Source: a virus. From it: a DNA stretch of 64,000 nt. Numbering within the stretch: position 1 is the stretch's first letter; each line of letters opens with the position of its first letter. The notes under the pieces are model-generated. The model was given only the letters and a program-made list of their open reading frames with translations. It made no database searches and was not told the origin of the DNA. Both the position numbers and the translations under genes were made by a program. Location of the stretch: the IMG/VR virus record IMGVR_UViG_3300050120_000135; one strand, given 5' to 3'. This document shows, one piece after another, positions 26,062-35,183 of this stretch.

Positions 26062-27813
26062 TTAGAGCAGCACGATCGACGCCATGTCGAATTCCTGCAC
26101 GGATTCGCCATCGACATAATAGAACGTCATCGGCGGCGAGCCGCGCGCCTGTCGCACGTCGGGAGCCGCCACGCCGATGTCGAGGTACCAGCCCTGGTTC
26201 GTCAGCGTGTCGGCGATGTTCTTGCCGGCCTTTGAGTTGACGTCGGCGATCTGCGAGGCCGACAACGCAACACCGGACCGGTAGGCGCCAAAGTTCAGGA
26301 ACTTGTTGATGGTGTCGGCGAGGCCCGCCTCGATCAAGGCGCGGCCGGCGGCATTGTACGGAATCGAGTAGACCGTCTGCAGCAGGTTCGTCATCGAACT
26401 TCGGAACGAGCTGTTCAGCGCAATCTGGTTGCAATAGCTGTCCATCCACAGGAAGTCGCCGGAGACCACGCCGTCGGCATACCAGACGAAACTGTCCTCA
26501 CCGTCGGCGTAGGCTCCATAGGTATTGTAGCCGTTCGCCTTCAGGTTATCGAAGGTCGTCTGGTCGGTGACGCCCGGCACCAGGCCGGACTGCTGGCGGA
26601 ATTTGAAGACAACGCGGCCGTTCAGCTGGTCGAAGTCGATCGAAGCCGCGGTACTGCAGACGAAACAAGCCAAATTGGCGTAGTCGATCGCCGCAACGGG
26701 ATTGACGATGGCAGACGCCGACGGCTGCCAGTTGCAGCTGACGCCCTGAATCTTCGCCGTCTTGATGCGCTGCGCAAGGCATGACGTCGCCGGCACCGTC
26801 ACGACCGGCGCGGCATCGTCGTCGATCGCGACGAACGCATAGCGGTCGTTCTGCGTGCCGTTCCAGGTCGCGAACGCGTACCTGATGTCGTTGCCGCTCA
26901 CGTCAGGATTGAAGTTCAGCATCCATGTGCCGAACGATCGGTAGTTACCGACCAGCGTATTCATGAACGCTGCCGGCACGGCCGCGTCCGCGCCCTGCGA
27001 GAGCACGGCGCCGGTCACCTGCGTCAGCAGCAGGTCGGTCGCCATGGCTCCGGAGCCATAGGTGATGAGCGACGCCGCGCCGGTCGTCGCCGAATTGATA
27101 ACGAAGGCGCCGGAGACGCTGTCATAGTTCACGGCCGGAGCGTGAGCGGTGACGCTGGTCGAGCCTGCCGTTTGGCTGATGCTGACAGTGTAAGTGCCGA
27201 GACCGCCGACCGGGCCGGTCAGCTGGTTCAGAATGGTGGTGTCCGCGGTAATGCCGGAGCCGACCAGGATCTGACCAGCCGCAAGGATGCCGGTCAAACC
27301 GGAGGCCGCGGTGAAGGTCGTCCCGGCGATGGACCCGGTGACGGTCGCAGCTGAGGCGCCTTCGATGTCGAGTGCAGCCGCGATAATCTCGGCCGCATTG
27401 GTGAACGAAGTCGCGCCGCTGAGATTGACGGAGCCGGTTTTCAGCACGCCGTTAATGGTCACCGACAGCGTGCCGCTGAAGGCCTGCAGCTGAGCGAGTG
27501 TCAAGCCCGACACGTCGCCTCCGCGCACGTAGGCCGCGACCGCGGCAAGCGGATATTGCGCAAACGCCACCTTCGCCGGCTTCTTGTTCGAGTTCAAAAA
27601 GCCCGGGAAATAGTGCTCCGCGTTGTTCTCCTCGGCCGAGCCCGCGCCGAAGAAATCGGTCACGCCCTCGATCGAGGAGAATTCCGCCACGGTGCCGATC
27701 GGAATGCGCGTATTCTGCGTCAGGATCAGCGTGGTCAGCGTCACGGCCGAACCGCCGGCGGGAAGTACCCCGGGAGTGACGCGGACGTCTTCGCTGATAG
27801 GAATCGTGCTCAT
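26062..27813 (-). CDS. tail sheath protein (DUF3383-like) with inserted module
   Basis: 583 aa. CGAGGA RBS upstream. The N-terminus MSTIPISEDVRVTPGVL is DUF3383-like by recollection. The tube gene follows. Confidence 0.75.
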   Translation of the reverse strand: MSTIPISEDVRVTPGVLPAGGSAVTLTTLILTQNTRIPIGTVAEFSSIEGVTDFFGAGSAEENNAEHYFPGFLNSNKKPAKVAFAQYPLAAVAAYVRGGDVSGLTLAQLQAFSGTLSVTINGVLKTGSVNLSGATSFTNAAEIIAAALDIEGASAATVTGSIAGTTFTAASGLTGILAAGQILVGSGITADTTILNQLTGPVGGLGTYTVSISQTAGSTSVTAHAPAVNYDSVSGAFVINSATTGAASLITYGSGAMATDLLLTQVTGAVLSQGADAAVPAAFMNTLVGNYRSFGTWMLNFNPDVSGNDIRYAFATWNGTQNDRYAFVAIDDDAAPVVTVPATSCLAQRIKTAKIQGVSCNWQPSASAIVNPVAAIDYANLACFVCSTAASIDFDQLNGRVVFKFRQQSGLVPGVTDQTTFDNLKANGYNTYGAYADGEDSFVWYADGVVSGDFLWMDSYCNQIALNSSFRSSMTNLLQTVYSIPYNAAGRALIEAGLADTINKFLNFGAYRSGVALSASQIADVNSKAGKNIADTLTNQGWYLDIGVAAPDVRQARGSPPMTFYYVDGESVQEFDMASIVLL

Positions 27814-27847
27814 GGTGCTGGTCCTCGTTTAAGGGGAGAAAGATTAT

Positions 27848-28444
27848 TCAGGTCGCGACGACGGAGACGGTCGAGTTCGGCCAAGAAGCAGGATCCGTGT
27901 CGACGTTGGTCAGATCCAGGTCGAGCGCGCGCGCCGATTGCGCGGTGATGGTTATCTTCTGATTGACCTGCAGGTTCGCTTCAATGATGTAGCGGTCTTC
28001 GTACTGCTGCTCGCCGCTGTTGAACGGCATGTTGCGCGGATGATCCGCATAGAGCGGTGCGATCGTGGCCCCAAGCGCTGCGAAAAAGTCGACCGCATAG
28101 CTTGATTGAAACATTGTCGTGATCACCGACGAATTGTTGAAGGCTTCCGGCCCGTGCACGTCAAGCTGTATCGTGCACTGCGAGGACTGCTCATACGTCG
28201 CCTGCAGGCCGAGCGCGATCATCTTTTCGACGGTGGTCGACAGCTGCGGCATGCGAAGCGGCCACATCACGACATAGTTCGAATTAACTGGCGTACCCGG
28301 ATTTACCGGCTCCGAAACGCGGTTCTCCTGCCCGACGACGACGACATGCAGCACCGTGGGCCCGGAGCTCTGCACCGGCAGCACGTCCTGCAGGAACGCG
28401 CGAATTGCCGTGAAGACATCGTCCTCGGTCGGCGCGACGATCAT
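27848..28444 (-). CDS. neck / tail-completion protein
   Basis: 198 aa. Lies just upstream of the sheath gene. Confidence 0.55.
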   Translation of the reverse strand: MIVAPTEDDVFTAIRAFLQDVLPVQSSGPTVLHVVVVGQENRVSEPVNPGTPVNSNYVVMWPLRMPQLSTTVEKMIALGLQATYEQSSQCTIQLDVHGPEAFNNSSVITTMFQSSYAVDFFAALGATIAPLYADHPRNMPFNSGEQQYEDRYIIEANLQVNQKITITAQSARALDLDLTNVDTDPASWPNSTVSVVAT

Positions 28445-28773
28445 TTGTAGTAGCTGATGTTCAGCTTGGCGCCGGACGTCTGCTCGATAAACTTCACGTT
28501 CTTCAGCGGACCCGTGTAGATCAGCAGCACGCCGACCGCGATCGGCTGGCCGACGGTGGCGGATGGATCTGTACCGTCGTCTCGATATCGCACAGCCTGC
28601 GCCTCTGCCTGAATAAACGCGGTGGTAGCTCCGGTCGGCACCGTCAACCCGGCCGCGGCCGACAGGCTCGTGATCTGCTGATAGCCGAGCGCAGCATATC
28701 GAATGCCGGCATCGGCGATAGCCTGCGTTCCGACGAGCAGTAGCGCAGCAACAAGCGCGATGACCTTCTTCAT
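28441..28773 (-). CDS. small Sec-signal-peptide protein (110 aa) in the neck module
   Basis: GAGG RBS upstream. N-terminus MKKVIALVAALLLVGTQAIADA. Paralog of the interrupted gene at 12373..12622. Confidence 0.65.
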   Translation of the reverse strand: MKKVIALVAALLLVGTQAIADAGIRYAALGYQQITSLSAAAGLTVPTGATTAFIQAEAQAVRYRDDGTDPSATVGQPIAVGVLLIYTGPLKNVKFIEQTSGAKLNISYYK

Positions 28774-28789
28774 GAAAAACCTCGTGGGG

Positions 28790-29194
28790 TTAGACGAACG
28801 GGGTGAGTTGGTCGACCTGCAGCGTGATGGCGACCTTGCACCACTGCAGCCAGCGCTCAAGCACGTGGGCTGCAAGCCACGTCGTGCCTTCCGGAAAGGT
28901 GCCGGACGGGAAGACGAGGAGATCGCCGCCCTGCTGCTGCACGCGCACGATCGACATGACCTGACTATTCGCATAGATGGCGCGGCGAACGCCTTGAATG
29001 TTCAGCCCGTCGAGCTGCTGCAGGTCGGAATACGACAGCGCTTGCGCCTGCACATAGATCGGCAACTTGCTGTAGGTCGGCGCTCGCTTGCCGCTTGCCG
29101 CGGTCGTCGATCCTGTCGAATGCCAGAGCTCGCACCTGACGTTCGGGTTGATCCCGCGCGTCACCAGGTTTGCAGCGGCTCGCAGGTTCACCAT
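28790..29194 (-). CDS. head-tail joining protein (hypothetical)
   Basis: 134 aa. Assigned by position. Confidence 0.55.
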   Translation of the reverse strand: MVNLRAAANLVTRGINPNVRCELWHSTGSTTAASGKRAPTYSKLPIYVQAQALSYSDLQQLDGLNIQGVRRAIYANSQVMSIVRVQQQGGDLLVFPSGTFPEGTTWLAAHVLERWLQWCKVAITLQVDQLTPFV

Positions 29195-29622
29195 CGAGCT
29201 CTCCTGGCCGCGCGCTCCGATCGGCGCTGCTCACGCATCGACTTCGGGCTCGGCCGAGCGCGCAGCGGGATGACGCCCGCCATCGCGTCTTCAATCGAGC
29301 GGTCTTGGTGCAGCAGATCGACTTGGTGCGAGAGCACGCCGTTTGCGAGCCGAGCGTCGAGATCCGGAGACTTTGGATCGAGGTACGGCCGCTGCGGTTT
29401 GCCTTCTTCCGCCAGCGTGATGTTCTGCTCGTAAATCTTCTCGTTGACGTCGATAATCTGCGAGACGATCGACGTCGCTAGAATTTTGATCGGTGCATGG
29501 TCGATCGCGGCCCTGGTCTTCGGGCCGAGGTCCTCCATCGAGGCTAGCTCCATATAACCGGGAACGAGCGCCTGCGCGCCCGGCGTTCCAATTCCTATAT
29601 TGCTGCCGCGTCGAAGTACCAT
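29188..29622 (-). CDS. hypothetical head-tail module protein
   Basis: GGAGGAAGG RBS before MVLRRGSN. Confidence 0.5.
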   Translation of the reverse strand: MVLRRGSNIGIGTPGAQALVPGYMELASMEDLGPKTRAAIDHAPIKILATSIVSQIIDVNEKIYEQNITLAEEGKPQRPYLDPKSPDLDARLANGVLSHQVDLLHQDRSIEDAMAGVIPLRARPSPKSMREQRRSERAARRARW

Positions 29623-29678
29623 GACCGCCTTCCTCCGGTTGCTGGCGTCCGCGATACCACGAACGCCGCCGGAATGCA

Positions 29679-30320
29679 TCAAAGACAGATGTAGCTCCAA
29701 TTTGTATTTGCGAGGACCGCGCCGTTAAAAACGACGCTGGCCGTCGAGGGAGCGCTCACGAAGGGCAGTGTGGTGGCGGCAATCGCCGCAGCGTTCATCG
29801 CCATAAAGACACATGCCTTTGGTGCCGCCGCCAGCGTTGCTGACCACGAGATTGTGCACGTCGTCGTGGCCGCGGCGCCGATGGTGATCGAACCCGCCTG
29901 GTTTGTGCTGCCGGCGACGACGGCCCCGTTGGTGGTAGTGCCGCATGCCCCCGACGCGATCGTTGGTAGGCCCGCACTTGACGTAATCTGGCCGGAGAAG
30001 TTGCCAGTCGTGAACTTGCCGGAATTGGCCGCGGTGGCACCGATCGGGGGAGGAGACGCGAATAGCGCCGTGACGCCGGCACCGCTCGGCGCGATGGTCG
30101 ACGATAGCGTCGTGAAGTTGCCGGGCGCCGGCGTGGTGGCGCCGATGGTAGTGTTGTCGATCAGGGCCGGCGTCGAGTTGGCGCGGTTCGGCGGCGAGAA
30201 CGGGAAGGTGATCGCGCCGTTGCGCTCGGTGAGGAAGTTGGTGTTGCCGGCGATTGCCGGCGAGAGCAGGGCGATCGACGCAATGGCTGCGGCAACGATG
30301 GAAAAACGGGACTTCATCAT
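29679..30320 (-). CDS. Sec-signal-peptide protein with tail-fibre-like repeat motif
   Basis: AGGAG RBS upstream. N-terminus MMKSRFSIVAAAIASIALLSPAIAG. IGATTPAPGNFTTL resembles IGTSTPLAGTFTTL in the 1170 aa fibre. Confidence 0.65.
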   Translation of the reverse strand: MMKSRFSIVAAAIASIALLSPAIAGNTNFLTERNGAITFPFSPPNRANSTPALIDNTTIGATTPAPGNFTTLSSTIAPSGAGVTALFASPPPIGATAANSGKFTTGNFSGQITSSAGLPTIASGACGTTTNGAVVAGSTNQAGSITIGAAATTTCTISWSATLAAAPKACVFMAMNAAAIAATTLPFVSAPSTASVVFNGAVLANTNWSYICL

Positions 30321-30344
30321 CGGGTAGTCTCCTGGTTGGTGGTT

Positions 30345-30857
30345 CTACGGTTTGGCAGCCGCGGCCGTCTTGGCGAAGCCGCCGGCGTTGGTCGTCGGTG
30401 CCGACAGGCTGATTTTCGACGTCGTCACTTCCCAAGCCGCGGCGTTAATCATGTCGCCGTGCTCGATCAGCGGTTTGTCGAAGCCCTTCTTGGCGATCGT
30501 CTTTGGCGAGAGCGGTGGCGCCCATAAGTCGAGGATCGACTCCTGCAGCTGGCCCTTGATGGCTTCGCCGGCTCGCTCCAGCGTCAGCTTGGCGTCGTAG
30601 TTCGTCGCCTTCAGCTGGTGTGCGATACCGTCGGGCCACTCGCCCGACTTCGCCGCGATCATGTTCCGGAAAAAGGGGCGGGGCGGCACGTTGCCGTGCC
30701 CGAATTCATTCATAGCCGCGCGCAGCGGGATGGAGTCGCCGTTCGGCGCCGTGGCGCCTTCAAGGAACCCCACGCGCAGGGTTCCCGGTTGGTCGAGTTT
30801 GGCAGCAAGGGCGGCCAAGGCCTGTCGCAGCTTATGGCCGCCCTTGATCGAAGCCAT
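30345..30857 (-). CDS. HK97 gp10-like head-tail connector protein
   Basis: 170 aa from MASIKGGHKL. Contains the FGHGNVPPRPFFRNM motif. Confidence 0.65.
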   Translation of the reverse strand: MASIKGGHKLRQALAALAAKLDQPGTLRVGFLEGATAPNGDSIPLRAAMNEFGHGNVPPRPFFRNMIAAKSGEWPDGIAHQLKATNYDAKLTLERAGEAIKGQLQESILDLWAPPLSPKTIAKKGFDKPLIEHGDMINAAAWEVTTSKISLSAPTTNAGGFAKTAAAAKP

Positions 30858-30861
30858 GGTT

Positions 30862-31458
30862 TTAGACTTGGTCCGTCCCGGCAACGGGCTGCTTGACGGC
30901 AACGTCCGCGGCCGTAGCGGGGTCCAGAGAGGTCGGGCCGGCGCCGCCAGCGGTATCGGTACCGGAAACGTCGCCAGCCACGCCACCGGTCGCCTCTGCG
31001 CCGGGAGCAGGCGCTTTAAGCGGGTCCGCCTGCTGGTCGACTTCGCCGTCGAGCGACAGCAGTACCTCCAGCCCATCCCGGTTGGCGTCGAACCAGGTCA
31101 GCATGGACGTCATCCGGTCGACCAGGTCCGGCGGCAGCTGCTGCTTGGATTCCTCCAGAGCCGAAATCCGGGTAGCCAAGCCGTCATCGTGGCCGCTCTC
31201 GGCGAAGGCGGTCTCCAGCTTGGTCAGTCGATCGCCGAAACCGTCAAACGTGACCTTCTGCAGTTCTCGGTCCGCGTCCGACATGCCGACGGCGCCGGGT
31301 AACGGCGCTGCGTTGGCGCCCTGCTTGGACAGCGCTGCCAATGCATCAGGGTCAATGCCGAGCTTCTTCAGATACTCGATATAGGCGATCGCGCTCTCAA
31401 CGCGGGTTCGGAACGCCTTCAAAGCGTTCACGTCTTTTAGCATCGCATCGTGATCCAT
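30862..31458 (-). CDS. hypothetical protein (198 aa)
   Basis: AGAGGAG RBS before MDHDAML. Confidence 0.5.
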   Translation of the reverse strand: MDHDAMLKDVNALKAFRTRVESAIAYIEYLKKLGIDPDALAALSKQGANAAPLPGAVGMSDADRELQKVTFDGFGDRLTKLETAFAESGHDDGLATRISALEESKQQLPPDLVDRMTSMLTWFDANRDGLEVLLSLDGEVDQQADPLKAPAPGAEATGGVAGDVSGTDTAGGAGPTSLDPATAADVAVKQPVAGTDQV

Positions 31459-31526
31459 GGTCGACTCCTCTTTGCGCTGTGCGCGGTTGACAGGTTCGGG
31501 TTCTCGGCCGCTTTGGTCGGCCAACA

Positions 31527-31796
31527 CTAAGGGCCCGCGGGCGGGTCCTTTTCGTCGCGGGCGGTGATCATCCCGTTTTGCACCACCGACAGGTTCGGGT
31601 TTTCTGCGAGCCACAGCTCATAGAATTCCTTGTCGATGCCGGAATTGTCGCCCTGCTTCAGCGTCACCATGTCGCCGATCGGCACGCGCGTCTCCTGGCC
31701 CATGAAGCCCTTGTGGATCTGGTGCAGGGCGATCTGCAGGCCGTTCGGTATCGAGCATGACACCGTCACGGTCGGGCGCTTCTTCTGGTCAGTCAT
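31527..31796 (-). CDS. hypothetical protein (89 aa), paralog of the C-terminal part of 32281..32889
   Basis: ATGA-coupled. Shares the TVxVxC..P.G...EF...N.NL....G pattern with the 202 aa protein. Confidence 0.6.
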   Translation of the reverse strand: MTDQKKRPTVTVSCSIPNGLQIALHQIHKGFMGQETRVPIGDMVTLKQGDNSGIDKEFYELWLAENPNLSVVQNGMITARDEKDPPAGP

Positions 31797-32275
31797 CGTC
31801 GTCTCCCTGGAAAGTATGCAGGATAAGCACTGCCACCGATTCCGGTTCCGAACCTGGTCGGGCCCGGCATGTAGCGCGCCATCCGATAGGCAGCGGCTGC
31901 CTGCCAGAAGTTTGCGCCGAACGTGGTTTGCAAAAACCACGCGTTGTTCGCAGTTGTCGGCCAATCTGTGCCGACCGAGACCGAGCCTTCGCTCGCGCTG
32001 TTGACGCGGCCGACGATTCCTGACGGCGGCTCGCCGTTGATACCGAACATCAGTTGCGCGATATGCGCGGTCAGCTGCCACAGCAGCGACTGCTGCAGGG
32101 CAACCGTGCGCACCGGGCTCGTACCATCGTTGCGAAGATAGATCGTCGCGAGACTGAAGGCCTCCGCAAGCTGCGGGTCAGTCAAGGTCGCAAACATGGG
32201 ATACGCGACCTTGAAGGCGGTCGGGTCGAAGACAACGACCGGACCGCCACTGCACACCGGGATGCAAGCAACCAT
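31793..32275 (-). CDS. DUF4054-like head-tail connector protein
   Basis: 160 aa. VFDPTAFKVAYPMFATL is DUF4054-like by recollection. The exact start is uncertain. Confidence 0.6.
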   Translation of the reverse strand: MVACIPVCSGGPVVVFDPTAFKVAYPMFATLTDPQLAEAFSLATIYLRNDGTSPVRTVALQQSLLWQLTAHIAQLMFGINGEPPSGIVGRVNSASEGSVSVGTDWPTTANNAWFLQTTFGANFWQAAAAYRMARYMPGPTRFGTGIGGSAYPAYFPGRRR

Positions 32276-32280
32276 CTTCG

Positions 32281-32889
32281 TTACGCCCTCTTTTGCCGAC
32301 CAGGAACGTCGCTATCGCTGTCGATCTCGATGTCGGTCAGGTTCGGGTTGTTCTCCGGCTCGACGCGCGGATCCTTCTCCTGCGAGAGCGGCTCGAGTCC
32401 GTGCTTCAGCTTTTCGAACTCATAGCAATACGCCGCAGCGTCCGCTTCGGTATCGAACGCCTTCATGAGGCCCGACGTGATGAGCTCGAGGTTCTTGTTC
32501 TGCTCGGCGTAGGTTTTCCAGAACTCGGCATCGACGTCGCGCGTGAGCGAGAAGCCCGCGACGATCGGGTAGTTCGGCATCATGCCGAACGGCAGCACCG
32601 CCGGCTTCAGACGGACCTGCGCACCGACGCGCATCGGCACCTGGCGTTTCTCGACGCCGCCGCCGGACACGCGTACGTCCTGCGAAATGAATTGCGTGTG
32701 CTGCAGATAAACGCCTCGCGGCATTTTGCAGACAACGACCACGGTGCGCGCGGTCGCTTTGACGCCGCCGGCGCCTTTGGTTTCCCTGATGGCAGGAGCG
32801 GCAGGTTCGTTTGACGCCGGGGGAGTTGCTGCAGCGGTCTTTGCGCTGGTAGCTGCTCGCCGGGCCTTCTCGGCTTTCGAGACAGTCAT
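32281..32889 (-). CDS. hypothetical head protein (202 aa)
   Basis: Lies directly downstream of the major capsid gene. Paralogous to 31527..31796. Confidence 0.6.
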   Translation of the reverse strand: MTVSKAEKARRAATSAKTAAATPPASNEPAAPAIRETKGAGGVKATARTVVVVCKMPRGVYLQHTQFISQDVRVSGGGVEKRQVPMRVGAQVRLKPAVLPFGMMPNYPIVAGFSLTRDVDAEFWKTYAEQNKNLELITSGLMKAFDTEADAAAYCYEFEKLKHGLEPLSQEKDPRVEPENNPNLTDIEIDSDSDVPGRQKRA

Positions 32890-32924
32890 GTCGAAGTTCT
32901 TCTTTCAGTTTGGGGAGGGTGAAA

Positions 32925-32949
32925 GGGGCCGCGCCGAATGCGCGACCCC
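32925..32949 (-). terminator. stem-loop immediately 3' of the major capsid gene
   Basis: 10-bp GC stem (GGGGUCGCGC/GCGCGGCCCC with one G-U pair) and no strong U-tract. Confidence 0.45.
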
Positions 32950-32983
32950 TTGGTCGTGTGGTTTCGTACCGTGACCGGCTATA

Positions 32984-34072
32984 TCAGATGCCGATCATGC
33001 TGGCGATGGCGAACGGCTGACGGATAACCGCGCCGAGCGTTCCGCCGACCATCTTCTGCTTGTAGCTCGACAGGTCGGGGATCAGCCGGCCAGCGCGCAT
33101 TTTTACGTTGTAGGCGACGAAGCCGGTCTTCTGGCTGCGGACGTCGGTGCAGATCAGCTGCGCGAAGTTGCCGCCGACAACACCTTGCGGGTTGCTTGCC
33201 GACTGAATGCCGTACTGCACCGCAGACACGATCTTCAGGTTCGGGAAGTTCTTCGACAACAGGTCCGACACGTTGACGTCGAACGAGTTAGTCGCGGTGA
33301 TGGCGCCTTCGGAGATCGGCGACAGCGCGAGCACGAAGTTCGACTTCACGTTGATATTGCCGCCGGCCTGCTGGATCAGCTGCAGGGCGAGCGACTGGAT
33401 ATCGAGGAAGATCTCGTTCGGGGTCGCGGTGATGACGTTGTTCGTCACCCACTGGTTATTGCCGTAGGCCTTCGGCGACGGCGTGATAGCCGCCGTCAGG
33501 TTCGGATCGTTCAGGAAGCCGTAGTTCTGAAGACCGGCGATGCCGAAGAAGTAGCTCTGGTTCTGGAACCGGTTGATGGCCCAGGCCGCAGCCGCGTTAA
33601 GCTGGTTCAGCCAGTTGATCTTCGCGAGGCCGACGACATCGAGCTCGCGATCGCCGTACTGCAGGATCGTCTGGAACAGGAACGGCTGGCGCGAGGGGAA
33701 GTTCGTGTTCGCGTTCACCGACCCGTTGTTGCTGTAGTCGCCATAAGCCGACGTCTCGCCCGTGTGCTCGACGGTCGGGAACATGACCGAGTTCAGCGTC
33801 CAGTCGCCCTTCTGGACTTCGTCGAAGATCGACTTGGCTTCAAGCGGCGAGAATAGAATCTCGTACACCTGCGGGTCGATCATCGTCGACAGCCACACCG
33901 GAATGCCGGTGTTCGGCGTGGTCGTCAGCTGCGGCTGCGCGTCCATCGCCATGCCGATGTCTTCGGACCATCCGTCGGGCACATAGTGACGGACGTCGGG
34001 AAAGACGGCACCGAGCGCTTCGAACCTGCGCTTGTCGCCGGTGAACTGCGTGCGTGCTTCGATCAAATTCAT
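32984..34072 (-). CDS. major capsid protein (DUF2184-like / HK97-fold)
   Basis: 362 aa. Position follows the protease/scaffold and decoration-like genes. Family recalled from the N-terminal and GDYSNNG region. Confidence 0.8.
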   Translation of the reverse strand: MNLIEARTQFTGDKRRFEALGAVFPDVRHYVPDGWSEDIGMAMDAQPQLTTTPNTGIPVWLSTMIDPQVYEILFSPLEAKSIFDEVQKGDWTLNSVMFPTVEHTGETSAYGDYSNNGSVNANTNFPSRQPFLFQTILQYGDRELDVVGLAKINWLNQLNAAAAWAINRFQNQSYFFGIAGLQNYGFLNDPNLTAAITPSPKAYGNNQWVTNNVITATPNEIFLDIQSLALQLIQQAGGNINVKSNFVLALSPISEGAITATNSFDVNVSDLLSKNFPNLKIVSAVQYGIQSASNPQGVVGGNFAQLICTDVRSQKTGFVAYNVKMRAGRLIPDLSSYKQKMVGGTLGAVIRQPFAIASMIGI

Positions 34073-34090
34073 CTGGAGAGCCTTTCATTG

Positions 34091-34120
34091 AAAACAAAAA
34101 GGCGCTCCAGAGGAGACGCC
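34091..34120 (-). terminator. terminator-like hairpin just upstream of the major capsid gene
   Basis: On the minus strand: GGCGUCUCC-UCU-GGAGCGCC followed by UUUUUGUUUU. Confidence 0.5.
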
Positions 34121-34178
34121 TTGGGGGGGTGAAGACAGTTACGGAGCGCGGCCGTTGGTCAGCCGCGCACCGCGGGAT

Positions 34179-35156
34179 TTAGATGACGTTCGAGACCTTG
34201 ACGATCTCGCCGTTGGCGCCGGCCGACTTGGCGATCCACTTCGTCTCGATCGCGTTCTGCGACGTGATGGCGGTGGAGCTGACGACAGTGTTGCTGTCGA
34301 CCACATAGGTACCAGCCGCGCCGGTGGTGCCGGTGAGCTGCTGGTAGACCTTGGTGCCAGTGTCGACACCGGATCCCGAGATGGTTTGCCCGCCAGCGAA
34401 GCCGCTGACCACGGTGCCGCCGACCGTCAGAATGCCGTAGGTACCGGTCAGCGTGGTCGAGGCAACCGTCTGTTCCGGAATCGAGAGTGCATAGGTGCCC
34501 TTGAGTCCGAGGGTGCCGCCCGTTTCGGTCGACGTCAGCTGCTCTACGATCTTCGTGCCGCTCGCCGCACCGACGACGGTCGCGCCGGCGTACAGATTGC
34601 CGGAGCCGACCGCGGTCACCGTCATCACGTTGCCGGCGATCGAGCCGGTGACGGAGAACGTGCCGGCAGCAACCGACGATGCCGAGCCTGAGCCGCCGGG
34701 CGGCGTCGCGCCGGCAGCTGCGAAGTATGCCGTGCCATCGGCGAAGTTCGCGAACGCCTTCATTCCGACCTGCGCGAGCGTGGCGCCGGTGTTCCTGATC
34801 CAGAAGTCGCCGTTGTTGAAAACGACGGCCTGCTGGCCCTTCAGAAGCACAAGACTCGCGGTCGCGAGGTAGGGAGTGATGAGACCGATCTGCTCGCGGT
34901 GGATAAGACCAGCGGGCAGGCCGGAACCGAACGTGTCGACGATCGCGGGCGCGTTGTCGTTGTCGACGCGCTCGTAGGACAGCCACGCGAAGCGGCCGAC
35001 CACGATGCCGTTGACGAGAGCACCAGCAATATAGCCATTGCCGGAAACGAGCGCGCCTTCACCGGCGAGCACGGTGCCGCGCGGGTTGGCCGAGGCAAAG
35101 TCGCCTTCGACCGCCGGGGCCTGCATGGTGTTAACCTGGTTGGGAAAGTCGGTCAT
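34179..35156 (-). CDS. head structural/decoration-like protein with two TGSIAG-type modules
   Basis: AGGAGA lies 7 nt before the ATG (the first M in the track is TTG). 325 aa. The C-terminal half holds two tandem about 60 aa repeats. Confidence 0.7.
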   Translation of the reverse strand: MTDFPNQVNTMQAPAVEGDFASANPRGTVLAGEGALVSGNGYIAGALVNGIVVGRFAWLSYERVDNDNAPAIVDTFGSGLPAGLIHREQIGLITPYLATASLVLLKGQQAVVFNNGDFWIRNTGATLAQVGMKAFANFADGTAYFAAAGATPPGGSGSASSVAAGTFSVTGSIAGNVMTVTAVGSGNLYAGATVVGAASGTKIVEQLTSTETGGTLGLKGTYALSIPEQTVASTTLTGTYGILTVGGTVVSGFAGGQTISGSGVDTGTKVYQQLTGTTGAAGTYVVDSNTVVSSTAITSQNAIETKWIAKSAGANGEIVKVSNVI

Positions 35157-35183
35157 CAAAGTGTCTCCTGGTTTCGATTTTCA

